DNA of 64,000 bases from Macrostomum hystrix. Taxonomy: Eukaryota; Animalia; Platyhelminthes. The position numbers were made by a program, and so were the translations under genes. Of this stretch, positions 23,965 to 35,595 are shown piece by piece (the stretch's first letter is position 1; each line of letters begins with the position of its first letter). The DNA lies in NCBI GenBank assembly GCA_950097015.1, contig CATNEN010000003.1, forward strand, positions 7,874,001-7,938,000. The letters are read 5' to 3'. The notes below the pieces were generated by a model that made no database searches, was not told the origin of the DNA, and saw nothing but the letters and a program-made list of their open reading frames with translations.

Positions 23965-24726
23965 TCACATGAACGCAAAGCCTGGTGGCGGAGACTGTCG
24001 AAACGGATTAGCTCGGCCAGTAAATAGAGGCAGGGCATTCTCCCGCGTCGGTGGACTGTCTATACCGGCATTGTTTACATTCTCCCTAGTGTTTTTGCTA
24101 CCTTCTTCTTTATCCTCTGAGTACTCGGCGCCTAGCAGAAGCATGTCCAGCAGGCCGATGATGTCAAGACGACGTTGCAATGGGTAGTTCCTACTGGGCA
24201 ACGCGATGCCCTGTTGCTCACGTTTGGTAATCTTCCAGGGTGGTATAATCTTCTTGCGTGTAGTCTTGTCAATCAGCGGAGCCGACGGTGTGTACAAGTC
24301 GTCAAACTCGCCGTATTTGTAGTGCGTCATGCCGTTGCGATGAAAGCTAAATACCAGATTTTTGTTGTCCGGAACGAATTCGTTGCATTGTATGCGCGAT
24401 TTCGCAGAGTCTTTGTACTCTTCCATGACACTGTTGCCTGGTAGTAGGCTTTCAAGCAAACGCTTTGCCTGCAGATGCTTGGCGTTACTAGGCGCGACAA
24501 TTTGAATTATCTGATACTTGACCCAATTTCCAGTGGAGCCTTTGCGAAACACGCACCTAGTGTTGATGATGATCTGGCATCGGCATTTAGCCTCCACCAT
24601 GTTAATATTCGCCTTGTTCAAAAATGGATTCAAAAGCTCCCGGCAGGCCAGGACCAGGTATTTACGCAGGATCTTTCCAGCTCCGATTGAGTTGAAAGAT
24701 ACGGTGAATCCGCGGTAGCAGGACAT
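23965..24726 (-). CDS. Uncharacterised 253-aa protein with a possible degenerate KH-like fold
   Basis: Non-repetitive ATG-initiated ORF, GC-richer than its flanks. NINMVEAKCRCQIII...IIQIVAP...QAKRLLESLL echoes the KH helix/strand pattern but has no GxxG. Confidence 0.55.
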   Translation of the reverse strand: MSCYRGFTVSFNSIGAGKILRKYLVLACRELLNPFLNKANINMVEAKCRCQIIINTRCVFRKGSTGNWVKYQIIQIVAPSNAKHLQAKRLLESLLPGNSVMEEYKDSAKSRIQCNEFVPDNKNLVFSFHRNGMTHYKYGEFDDLYTPSAPLIDKTTRKKIIPPWKITKREQQGIALPSRNYPLQRRLDIIGLLDMLLLGAEYSEDKEEGSKNTRENVNNAGIDSPPTRENALPLFTGRANPFRQSPPPGFAFM

Positions 24727-25042
24727 TGCTATACTGCTCTAACACGCTGTACAAATTTTCGACAGAAACCGAATGGCAGCTAAGATAGTTTCAGAGTTCG
24801 TTTGAATAAGGCCTACAATCTGTGTGCTTAGTAATAAATACTATTTTAACCCAAGTTGATCAATAGCTCACATAGGGTTTTAGCCATAGAGTATACGCTC
24901 TCTACCAATCTGGGGTTCTCTTAAAGTACATTCACGCATTTCAAGGACATACCATTCGGAAGGCAAGTTTTCAATAGAAGAACAGAAATTTGCTATGTCA
25001 TACTCAACGATTTGATAAAATAAACTCAAGACTTCTTCAGCA

Positions 25043-25264
25043 CGCACATCATTCGGTGACACTAGACCCGCAGCCAGCGAGGAGGCAATTCTGCCCATTT
25101 CGCTGACTCCTGAGCACATACGCATACAGATACCGTACACAGGCACAATACTCACACAGGTGTGTAAATCTGCCCCGACTTTCTCATCGTCAGGCAGTGT
25201 ACACTCTCACTGTGCCCCAAGCCTTCTCTCCGCGGCTGCGCCCCAAATGAATGTGGCCTCGCCG
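25043..25264 (-). mobile_element. Fold-back dispersed element, copy B (most complete)
   Basis: Imperfect complementary ends GCACATCATTCGG...CGCAGCCAGCGAGGAGGC and GCCTTCTCTCCGCGGCTGCG...CCAAATGAATGTGGC. Confidence 0.8.
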
Positions 25265-25630
25265 CAATTATAAAAAAACTTGATTCTTCCACAAGCAATC
25301 GTTAGGCAAAACGTTCCATGTCATAAATTATCCGCAGCGCCATAGTGGCGCCCACGACTAATTAAAATCAGTTGATAGGTTCTGAGCTGTCATTTGTGAG
25401 CTCTAAAAAGTTTTCTTTGCCCAAAAGTCATAAATAACTCATGCTCACATAGAAGATCCATTACTATGGATATGGTATGTCCATGTATGCGTAATCTAAC
25501 CGCAACTTATACGTGCCATTCTTGTTGTCGATTGAGATCAACATCAGAAATATAATTTTAAGTCTCCAGTACCATTGGCTTACATACTTCAAGCCTTCCA
25601 TCAGTCACGGTTCGTGCTCGTGTTGTTGAC

Positions 25631-25769
25631 GGTGAGATTGTACACTGCCTGACGATGAGAATGTCAGGGCAGATGTACACGCATGTGTGAGCGTGTGCCT
25701 GCGTACAGTATCTGTGTGCGTGTGTGCACAGGAGTCAGCGGAATGGGCAGAATTGCCTCCTCGCTGGCT
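25631..25769 (+). mobile_element. Fold-back dispersed element, copy C (truncated, runs into an 11-bp array)
   Basis: High identity to copies B and D. Confidence 0.8.
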
Positions 25770-26040
25770 GTGCTACTACTGTGCTACTACTGTGCTACTA
25801 CTGTGCTACTACTGTGCTACTACTGTGCTACTACTGTGCTACTACTGTGCTACTACTGTGCTACTACTGTGCTAGTACTGTGCTAGTACTGTGCTAGTAC
25901 TGTGCTACTACTGTGCTACTACTGTGCTACTACTGTGCTACTACTGTGCTACTATTGTGCTACTACTGTGCTACTACTGTGCTACTACTGTGCTACTACT
26001 GTGCTACTACTGTGCTACTACTGTGCTACTACTGTGCACT
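25770..26040. repeat. 11-bp tandem repeat (TGTGCTACTAC), about 24 copies
   Basis: Tandem units. Confidence 0.95.
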
Positions 26041-26370
26041 GCAATTTTTATTGCTATTTTTGTCTGCTGTCAAATAATTGTGACAGTCAGTTATCCCTTT
26101 AGTAAATGCATGGAATTTGCTGGAAATTCTATATTCCCGATCCCAACATTACTGCCTGCTGCATCGTGAAAACGTTCTTATTTTCTTAGTTTTTGCACCT
26201 ACCTAATCAAATGCCTATATTATCGATCCATCCTTTGAGAAAAACTGAAGGAATAAAAACAAGGAATATTTTCTGAAAGAAAAAAATCACCAGCTATCAC
26301 GATTGTCACATTAGAATTTTCAAGTTTAAAACAACTGATTGGCAAGCAATTTAGCTTTTGCATTGTTATC

Positions 26371-26585
26371 GATCTGAAGGTTGAGGTCGCTGTTCAGTCC
26401 ATGGGCGCCATACCCACCCACAATTACCCGAGATAATGCTGGTACTAATTTAACTGTTGGGTGAACTGAAGCAATGCAAAGTTAAGAGTCTTGCTAAAGC
26501 TATAAGACATAATTTGTTACAGTAGTGGTGTCAGGAATCGAACCCCCGACCTTTAGGTCGTTGTAACCACAAGGCGACGACCTTC
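26371..26585 (-). mobile_element. tRNA-derived CORE-type SINE, diverged copy
   Basis: The minus strand reads GGTCGGGGGTTCGATTCCTGAC...TTTAGCAAGACTCTTAAC...TTGCTTCAGTTCACCCA...CCATGGACTGAACAGC. Confidence 0.8.
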
Positions 26586-27556
26586 TTCATGATGTATGAT
26601 GTAAAATTGTTCCTAAAGATACTTAAAGTCTTAATTGTAATGCGAGTTGATTAAGCTTGTTTAACCAAAGAACTAACGTTGTACTTTTGAGTTAAGAAAT
26701 TTTAAATAAATTCATAAAGCGCCTGTTGCTATACTTATAGTGGAGTTATAAGGGATACCGCATAAAGTTGACGATAAAATTAAGGAAACGGCGTTTGAAA
26801 CGAAAATCTGGGCCTACAAAAATGGAATGCTTTTATTTTTGTTGCAGAGATTTTGTGAGAAAAAAATATGCCTGTAATTAGTGGCTTTTGCAGCAAGGCA
26901 CCCCGACTAGAATCATTAAATCTCTTCACGATGCCGATATTTTGGGATTCTGTAAGCTGTCTCATCGAAAAGAGCGGAAAATTACATTAAAATATAAATA
27001 ATTAGTGTTATTTTGTGACAAGCAGAAAAAATAAGAATGTGCAGTGGATATTTGAAATAAATATAGTCAAAATAAACCACAACTTTAATCATAGAAAATC
27101 AAATTAGAGAGACTCAATCAAAAAAATATTTCAATAGTACAGTTTAAATGTTTTGAGGCGTTGTTTCAACGGTAACAGAAGAAGCTAGTTTTTTTTATTT
27201 TTAAACAAACAATAAATATGTTCAAAATTGTTATCTGAATATATATTACGCAATTCTAGATGAAAGCAATTATAATATATATATAAGTATATATACTTAT
27301 TATATAATATTATATAAGATTATATAATTGTATATATTCAGCAAGTTAAAATAAATATTTAATTTTTAGGTTTAAATTTGGTTTAGCTTCCTTTTACAGA
27401 AAAACTTTCTAGAAAGTGTATTTAAAGCTGGACATTACTGGATTACTAGTATAAAGCATTGAGTTGGCTAAGCAATTTGAGCTCATGAATTGTGCAATTC
27501 TGAGCATTACGCGGTAAGCAATTGAAGTAATTGCCTCTTTGTATCGAAATTTAACC

Positions 27557-27645
27557 CGATTGGCGCAGTGGCTTAGCCAGGATTTTTCTAGTTTGACTAA
27601 CTCTCGCACCAGCGGTCCCTAAGTTCGATTCCACGGTGAGGCCAT
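27557..27645 (+). mobile_element. tRNA-like SINE head remnant (different family)
   Basis: A box TGGCGCAGTGG and B box GTTCGATTCC. No valid cloverleaf. Confidence 0.4.
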
Positions 27646-27674
27646 ATCTATATTGTCGTGTAATAATTTGTACA

Positions 27675-27856
27675 CAGTGAAATGTACACTGTCTGACGAA
27701 GACAAAGTCAGGGCAGATGTACACACCTGTGTGAGCGTATGCCTGCGTACAGTATCTGTGTGCGTGTGTGCTCAGGAGTCAGAGAAATGGGCAGAAATGC
27801 CTCTCCTCACTGGCTGCGGGTCTAGTACGTGTCACCAAATGATGTGCCATCGCCTA
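27675..27856 (+). mobile_element. Fold-back dispersed element, copy D
   Basis: Matches the other copies from CAGTGA to GATGTGCCATCGCCTA. Confidence 0.8.
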
Positions 27857-27859
27857 TAT

Positions 27860-28352
27860 GGCACTATACCAGGGTGGGCGGCATTATACCAGGGTGGACG
27901 GCACTATACCAGGGGGTGGGCGGCACTATACCAGGGGGAGGGGGGCACTATACCAGGGTGGGCGGCACTATACCAGGGGGTGGGCGGCACTATACCAGGG
28001 GGAGGGGGGCACTATACCAGGGTGGGCGGCACTATACCAGGGGGTGGGCGGCACTATACCAGGGGGAGGGGGGCACTATACCAGGGTGGGCGGCACTATA
28101 CCAGGGGGTGGGCGGCACTATACCAGGGGGAGGGGCGCACTATACCAGGGGGTGGCCGGCACTATACCAGGGGGTGGGCGGCACTATACCAGGGTGGGCG
28201 GCACTATACCAGGGTGGGCGGCACTATACTAGGGGGTGGGCGGCACTATACCAGGGTGGGCGGCACTATACCAGGGTGGGCGGCACTATACTAGGGGGTG
28301 GGCGGCACTATACCATGGCGGGCGGCACTATACCAGGGTGGGCGGCATTATA
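27860..28352. repeat. G-rich 20-22 bp minisatellite (GGCACTATACCAGGGTGGGC)
   Basis: Tandem units. Confidence 0.95.
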
Positions 28353-30836
28353 CAATGCAATTAGAATAGCAATCGGTCTACAAAATCGAATTGCGATGGC
28401 GATGATAGGAATGAGGACAACAATACAGCAGATAATAATGACAATATCCGTTGCTTTCTTCATTTTTTTGTCCTGCTCCTTTGGAGGACAGTTGAGCTCT
28501 GCGTGAGATCTATAAGCTATGCTGCGATCTAAATTGAAATTGATGAAAGCCAGTAGCAGATGCTGGCTGGCCTCGTTGCAGCTGATAGGAGTCAGGCTGG
28601 GCATCTTATTATTGTCAGTGTCAGCGCCAAATCGAATTGCTACGCAGTTTTTGTTTGCACCATCTGCACCAACTGGAAGCCTGTTGGATGTGTGTGAAGT
28701 GCAGATTTGGCATTTATTTTAATTTTAATTATTTATAAATAGTGTACTCCATAGATACGGCTAATTTGCTGCATACTCGTGTGCAACATTTCACTAAGAG
28801 ATGAGACGGGGGAGATGAGACTGTAGAGAGAGAGACTAAACGGTGAAAGGGATGAGACGGGAGAGGGATGAGACAAGGAAGGGATGAGACGGGAGAGGGA
28901 TGAGACGGGAGAGGGATGAGACGGGGGAGATGAGACTGTAGAGAGAGAGACTAAACGGTGAAAGGGATGAGACGGGAGAGGGATGAGACGGGAGAGGGAT
29001 GAGACAAGGAAGGGATGAGACGGGAGAGGGATGAGACGGAGAGGGATGAGACGGGGGAGATGAGACTGTAGAGAGAGAGACTAAACGGTGAAAGGGATGA
29101 GACGGGAGAGGGATGAGACGGGAGAGGGATGAGACGGGAGAGGGATGAGACGGGGGAGATGAGACTGTAGAGAGAGAGACTAAACGGTGAAAGGGATGAG
29201 ACGGGAGAGGGATGAGACGGGAGAGGGGTGAGACAAGGAAGGGATGAGACGGGGGAGAGGGATGAGATGGGAGAGGGATGAGACGGGAGAGGGATGAGAC
29301 GGTAGAGGGATGAGACGGGAGAGGGATGAGACGGGAGAGGGATGAGACGGGAGAGGGATGAGACGGGAGAGGGATGAGACGGGAGAGGGATGAGACGGGA
29401 GAGGGATGAGACGGGGGAGATGAGACTGTAGAGAGACTAGACGGTGAAAGGGATGAGACGAGAGAGTGATGAGACAGGAGAGGGATGAGACAGGAGACGG
29501 ATGAGACAAGGAAGGGATGAGACGGGGGAGAGGGATGGGAAGGGAGAGAGATGAGACGGGGCAGAGATGAGACTGTGAATTATTAGACTAAAAAGGATAT
29601 GAGTTGTGTTGTAATGTATCTAGCTGCTAGTTAAAAGCAATTCATCGATCAACCTACTGAAAATGATCGCTTAGGACTGACTGATTGCTGAATGGAACCA
29701 GGCTGCAATTGAGCATAGTATCATTATTGGCACTGCTCATAGAACAATTTTCGTACATCAGGATTGAGCCGCAGAAGTGAAGGCGCGGTAGATAAGCGAT
29801 CAGTCCATTGGCTGCGTAGCGTTTGAACAGCTTCGTCGAGTTCACTGAAGGATTGAATGTGTCTTAGTAATTCTTAGAAATGTGTGCTTCCTTCAGTGGC
29901 GTAGCTCCAGGATTTTTGTTTAGCGGGTCCGCGCCTTTTGGGAGCGCCACACCTGGGAGGGCGCCACATGGCGGAGGGGCACCACTACGAGAAGACTCCA
30001 CTTACCATGGGGCGTTATACTACCATGGGGCGCTACTACCATGGAGCGTCGCTACCATGGGGCGTTACTATACCATGGGGCGTCACTACCATGGACGTCA
30101 CTACCATTAGCGTCGCTACCATGGGGCGTTACTATACCATGGGGCGTCACTACCATGGACGTCACTACCATTAGCGTCACTACCATGGGGCGTTACTACC
30201 ATGGAGCGTCGCTACCATGGACGTCACTACCATTAGCGTCACTACCATGGGGCGTTACTACCATGGAGCGTCGCTACCATGGAGCGTCACTACCATGGAG
30301 CGTCACTACCATGGAGCGTCACTACCATGGAGCGTCACTACCATGGAGCGACACTACCATGGAGCGTCACTACCATGGAGCGTCACTACCATAGCCTACT
30401 CGTACTATGGGGCGTCACATAGTTTCGTCAGCCGGTTAGGGCATGGACCGCAGCCAACCTTGCCCCGCTGCTTACGCGCGCCCCTGGTTTCCTTTGATAG
30501 GCACATAAAAATGTATTTTTAATATGAAATCTTACGCTTTGAGACAGCCTCAATCAGATCTCGCTCATTATAATCAATTGCGTCGAACATGGCGTCAGCT
30601 GTATTTAGCATTCGACTATCCACAGGTTGTTGTGCTACGGTTAAGAATGTCGCCCCGGGTGGAAACAAAAAGACGCAGGTTGCCTGTCCATTAATGCGAA
30701 GACTATTGCTCTCTGAATCGGTACCGCAAGACTCTTTGCTGACTGCTGACACCGTCAAAGTGAATCCCAACACACTAGTCTGCTTTAGACTCAAATCTGC
30801 AGTCGCCAAATGGGCTAGTATGATCGCTGAATCCAT
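28308..30836 (-). CDS. Uncharacterised predicted single-pass membrane protein; exons 30836-30536, 29844-29658, 28680-28308 (both ends uncertain)
   Basis: Three short ORFs join through phase-compatible GT-AG junctions: AAG C|GTAAGA..CCTTCAG|TG and TTT CA|GTAGGT..CCAACAG|G. The product has several N-glycosylation sequons, Cys residues and a TM segment DIVIIICCIVVLIPIIAIAI. Confidence 0.6.
28797..29575. repeat. Purine-rich 16-bp minisatellite (GGGATGAGACGGGAGA) with higher-order blocks, intronic in the orphan gene
   Basis: Tandem units. Confidence 0.95.
29894..30486. mobile_element. hAT-type non-autonomous element carrying an internal 16-bp minisatellite (TACCATGGAGCGTCAC, about 30000-30395)
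   Basis: Ends CAGTGGCG... and ...CGCCCCTG (CAGKGGCG inverted termini). 8-bp TSD GCTTCCTT / GTTTCCTT (7 of 8 match). Confidence 0.8.
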
Positions 30837-32064
30837 CCTAAAAGAAATGTGTGATTGGAGTCATTGGACGATATAATAATCAGTAAACAAATTTTTTTTG
30901 CACTTTATAATTCATACGAGCTATAATAAATACTAAATACTTATTAAATGCTATTGATACAGTGTAAATATGTTCTATATATATTGTGAATATACGTGTA
31001 AAAATAATCATCAAAATTTAAAAAGTCAAAGAACGCTTAAAAACATTTTGTTTTTCTCTTTACTTTACTAATAGTAGTATGTTGTAAATACATTTTGTTT
31101 TAAACACTTACAGTATGAGCAAAATTTTGTAAAATTAGCCGATTTAAACAAACGTTGAAATCTATCTGTATAATAGCCGCCACCAGAAAGACAGATAAAT
31201 AAAGGCAATTGTGTTGTTAGTGAGTGTTTGTGTTTGCTTGTTGCCTTTTTAACGCGTTTAAGAGTCAGAGTCAAGGATCGTGTGTTCAGATATAAAATGA
31301 GTGCCATGTGAAAGGAATGTACTGTGTTATTCATTTTATAAGAGGGGAGAATACTAAGAACCATACTAAGAACCAGAGTAAGAACTATACTAATACTACT
31401 CAGATTTATACCAAGAATATTACTAAGAGAGAAATGCTAAACTCTAATCTCGGGGACGCCTAATTGACTGGAAAATGCATACAGTTGCCTAATTTACCGC
31501 TCGTGCAATACCGACGCTACCAGATTACGTGAAGTAAACGCTAACATTAGAGTATTGAAGCTTACGAAAGGAATAACGTTGAAGAATATTAAGTGTTAAA
31601 CGGCCCATTTAAGGACCGCCAGTTTAAAACACAAGAAATCCCTATTTGATTGTGATACAGCAGTGAGATAAAAGATAGCGGCTATCAAATATAAACCTAT
31701 AAAAACTTTGATAACAGCGGTGGGATTCTAATTAAATATTAAATAAGATCGGCCCTACGACAACTTTGGTGACAGCAGACGTGGAATATAGACATAAATC
31801 TAATAATATTTCCCTGTTACACTATTTTTTACAACTTTAGTATACAAATTAACTCATACAATATTGCATTACTGCAAATTTGTCCGCATAATTTATAGTT
31901 TAGCAGTACACTGTACCTGCGCACAACAAAGTTGATTTGAGAAGAATTCGTTGGCAAAGGCCAGTCTTTCAGCAGGTTTCGCTGTTGCCGTTCTGCAGTG
32001 TCAATATTGTAAAAATGTGTTTGTAACTTTTCAGAAATGGTCCATTATACGCTTAAAGAAGTGA

Positions 32065-32388
32065 TTAGAATGGCACAGTATGCATCGTGGAAATCCTACC
32101 GAGTGTTAAAAACAAGTGTGCATTTGTCCACATTTTTTTGACGTCGTTTGCTGCCGATTTGGCCGAATTGCCTTGAGCTACAGAGCTAGGACTACCGCGC
32201 TGCCGAGGCTTCTCCATATAACGAATCTTAACTGTTATAACAGCGTTCTCCATGAACTCAAACAATTGTTTACAAAGCTCTTTTTTCTTTGGCGTCACAA
32301 TATAATTTTCAAAAAGCCATATAGCTACATCTTCGCTGCTTATATTGGCGATCGATCCAAATTCGGCGCCTTCTTCGTCCTTTGCCAT
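32065..32388 (-). CDS. Possible exon of an uncharacterised gene (MAKDEEGAEF...)
   Basis: Non-repetitive ORF, GC-richer than its flanks, with a candidate donor CTCG|GTAGGA near 32099. No recognisable domain. Confidence 0.3.
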   Translation of the reverse strand: MAKDEEGAEFGSIANISSEDVAIWLFENYIVTPKKKELCKQLFEFMENAVITVKIRYMEKPRQRGSPSSVAQGNSAKSAANDVKKMWTNAHLFLTLGRISTMHTVPF

Positions 32389-34135
32389 TTGACATCGAAT
32401 AATACCCGGCCTATATGGCGATGTAAAAGTAAAAGCCGGGAATCGAAACATTGAAAAATAGTGCACAAATGAATATCACAATTACATATTATTAAAAAAT
32501 TAAGTAATGTGATGCAGGGTGTACAATTTGCATTTCATTATATTTTAGTAGTTAAAAATGAAATTGGCAATTGAAAATATATATTAATGTGCTGTGCGTA
32601 CAGGTACATCTGGCCCGGTAGTAAAGCTTATTCTAATGGTATGTGCAAAGTAGGACAACGCTCTTTATAGTCGTATATAGGCATATAAAGAGGAACTTTT
32701 GTCACAAAGAAAATAGAATTGATTTTATTTTAATTAGGCATGTTAAATATTTTTTGGCAGTAATTTTATAACTTTATTTGTACAGTCTTTTTCTTAGCAT
32801 TTCTCGCTTTAGTAAATTAGTTTTACTTTTTATTTCTACAAACATGCACTAACTTTAAAACCATCTTATACATAATTAAAGTCCAGTAAGTAAAGTATTA
32901 AAGCTGAATGGGTCTTCATTCTCTGCCAGGATTTGTATTTTGTCTTGATAAGCATGCAATATAGGCTAGGCCCATTCTATATTGCGAAATTTTTTTTTAC
33001 GAAAAATATGAAAGAGTATTTTACTCTTGTAATGTAGACTATAATCTCACTCCCTTCTTTGACGTCGAATGCAGCACTGCACAGGTTTACAAACAAAGAA
33101 GCCACTGTGCTATTAAAGCAGTTATCTTTTATCTACTAAGCTAACTTAAGAAGAGAAATATAACTTCTTAATTATATTTTGGCACTATCGTAGCTTAGTA
33201 TTTATTATCTATTTCACTTCAAATTGCTCCTGTTTATGGCCAATATTGGAGTAATAATTTCTACTCTGAAATTTACGTGACAAATATTTGGATCTTGGAA
33301 CGAATCTCAATCTTTTATGTAAAAAATAATGTTATGTGTGTATTCCTACACTAGACATAGTCTGGATAAGAGTTGCTAAGACTAGAGAAGATAGTCCACT
33401 GTCTTCTCAACTCTGAATGCAGAATGCCATGCTTTCTTAATTTTTTGAAAGACTAGGCTCTATAGATAGTTACTAACTATATTAGTCAGTGTGTTGGCTG
33501 ACTCAGCACTCACTACTCATCTGTTATTGAGAGGTCTGTCTGATTTGTTCCTGGGCCTAGGCCTAGATACTAAAAAAACAGCACAATTATGGGCAATCTT
33601 GCAGATCTGCACATTTAATTATTTTTAATTTTAAATAGGCCCTAGTTTCACACAGCAACATAATGACAACAGAATGCAATGCAATGCAACAGGAAACAAC
33701 AAGAGACAGTCAGACACATGCTAGAAACCTCAGAGTCAGAGTCAGGGACTAGCAAAGCTGCCCTAATGGAGTGAATTTAAAAAACCTGCGGACACTCCTG
33801 CTAGGTGCGCAGGTGCTCAGTTGTTTTCAGGAAAAAGAGCACAAATCCGCAATTGCTATATATCTTCAGTTGAATCAGTCTGATTCAATGTAGTAATTGA
33901 TTTCACGAAAAAATCTTCGTAGTGCATTTCTAAAAATAGAACAGGTGGTGATTTTCCAAAATTCGGATGCATATACCAAGTGACCTTTTTTGATCTCCTT
34001 AGTGTATTTCTATAATTAGAACAGCTAAGGTTGTCTTTTGCACTCGGGCACTGCAGAGCATGCATTTGTGTAGGGGCACAAGGGTGCACTGTTTGTTATA
34101 CAACTACATATTTACGACAACTTTACAAACACATG

Positions 34136-34505
34136 GCACAGCCGCGCGGATAGGAATTTCTTTCTGCACAGCCGCGCAGGCAGTTTTTCACAAGCGCGCC
34201 GGACGCTGTCCGCAAAAACCCTATTGCCTCCAATAGGGTGCAATGGGACCTTTCCCAGAATGACCCTTTCCGCACCGACACTTGGGCATTGCAGTTGTGG
34301 CAGCTCCAGGCACACCCATCCATAAAGCGGTCACCATCTTGATGCTGTACCCACATCTCAATGTTGCAGTGCATTGTGTTGGCGAGCAGCCCATACTTAA
34401 CAAGCCAGCGCAGGGTTACCTAGCCATGATCTGTGGTAGCCACACATGTCCCGGATGTTAAAACTTTCCATAGTCAGGTTCAGCAGCTCCGCAGCATTCA
34501 GCATT
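34136..34505 (-). pseudogene. Merlin/IS1595(ISXO2)-like transposase N-terminal relic
   Basis: Reads WLVKYGLLANTMHC..M...DGCAWSCHNC...SVRKGSFWERSHCTL, resembling the Zn-finger-like N-terminus of Merlin transposases. It is frameshifted and has no DDE domain. Confidence 0.65.
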
Positions 34506-35519
34506 CCATTTGCAGCATAAATGCAGATAGGGCTGCAGGTCATCCAGGTATTAGTTAGGGCAAATAATTATTTATTTGAATGCAAGGCCTTGCAAAATCT
34601 TCAGCTACAGAATTTCTGTGCTATAGCTTCCTGTTCCCCCATATTTGCCAGATTTTACCATGCCATGTGAGCACAACTTTTTCAATCTCAGAATGCATGT
34701 GTGGCAAGAATTCAAACAAAAAATAATAGAACAAATGGATGTAGAACATTGCCAACTTTAGTACTTACTTTTATGTGCAACTTATGTTAAAAGTTGAGCA
34801 GTTTTTTAGAGAACTAAAAATAACAATTATGCCCATACCTTTTAACAATGTAATATAAAAATTATCAGAACATTATTGGAAATCATTTTTAGAGCTCCTA
34901 TTGGATTCGCAATCCTCCAATTTATTTTACACTAATCTTTGCCTTAATTTCTTTAGTTTTTTTCAGCTTGTACTTGTATAATCTATTATGTAGGTTCTTC
35001 ACTGCCTGTGAAATAGTCCTTCCTAATCTTTTTTATAAGAAGTGCTTTGCCCACTTGTTATTGTATACCAACTGCCTAGAAACACAAATTCAACAGCACA
35101 GATAAGTTATCAAGCGCTTAGCTAATTGTCAATAACTAGGACAGTTCCTTTTGAGTTTGTTAGAGTTTTTAGGGTTCCATAAAAGTTTTCTATCTATATC
35201 ATATCCAAAATTTTCCTTTGCCTATCCATAACCATTTCTATAATCTGAATAAACATCAAGTAACTTCCCATTAGTTTGTATTAATATATTAAATATTTAT
35301 ATATTCATATTTTCTTATCACTTGCTTCTTTGTATGCATCAGGGGGCCTGTCTACAAAATTTTTCTGTGTGACATAGTTTGCCAAGTAGGACTTGTTTCT
35401 GCCCTGCTTAAATTTGTATTATAATGTCAGCACATTATATGTGCAACAATGTGCACCCATTTTATAGAGAAAAAAATGACTAAGTATTAGAGACATGTGT
35501 CTGTTCATTTTTTGTCTTT

Positions 35520-35560
35520 CAATAAATTGAGTCTTCGCAGTAAGAGACCGTCTTTACGGT
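35520..35560 (-). pseudogene. Retroposed spliced-leader (SL) exon fragment ACCGTAAAGACGGTCTCTTACTGCGAAGACTCAATTTATTG
   Basis: Matches the Macrostomum SL exon as recalled (CCGTAAAGACGGTCTCTTACTGCGAAGACTCAATTTATTGCATG). It lacks the terminal CATG, the donor and the SL intron. Confidence 0.85.
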
Positions 35561-35595
35561 CTCTAAAAAGAGGTCTCTAAAAAGAGTAAAAAAAG

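Noticed and set aside
25649-25668. Hammerhead ribozyme (CTGACGA-TGA-GAAA-GTC) in the fold-back element
   Set aside because: There is no room for stems II or III, and CTGAC pairs with GTCAG as a simple hairpin.
35460-35560. Functional SL RNA gene
   Set aside because: The terminal CATG, splice donor and SL intron are absent, and the fragment lies inside a retroposon TSD.
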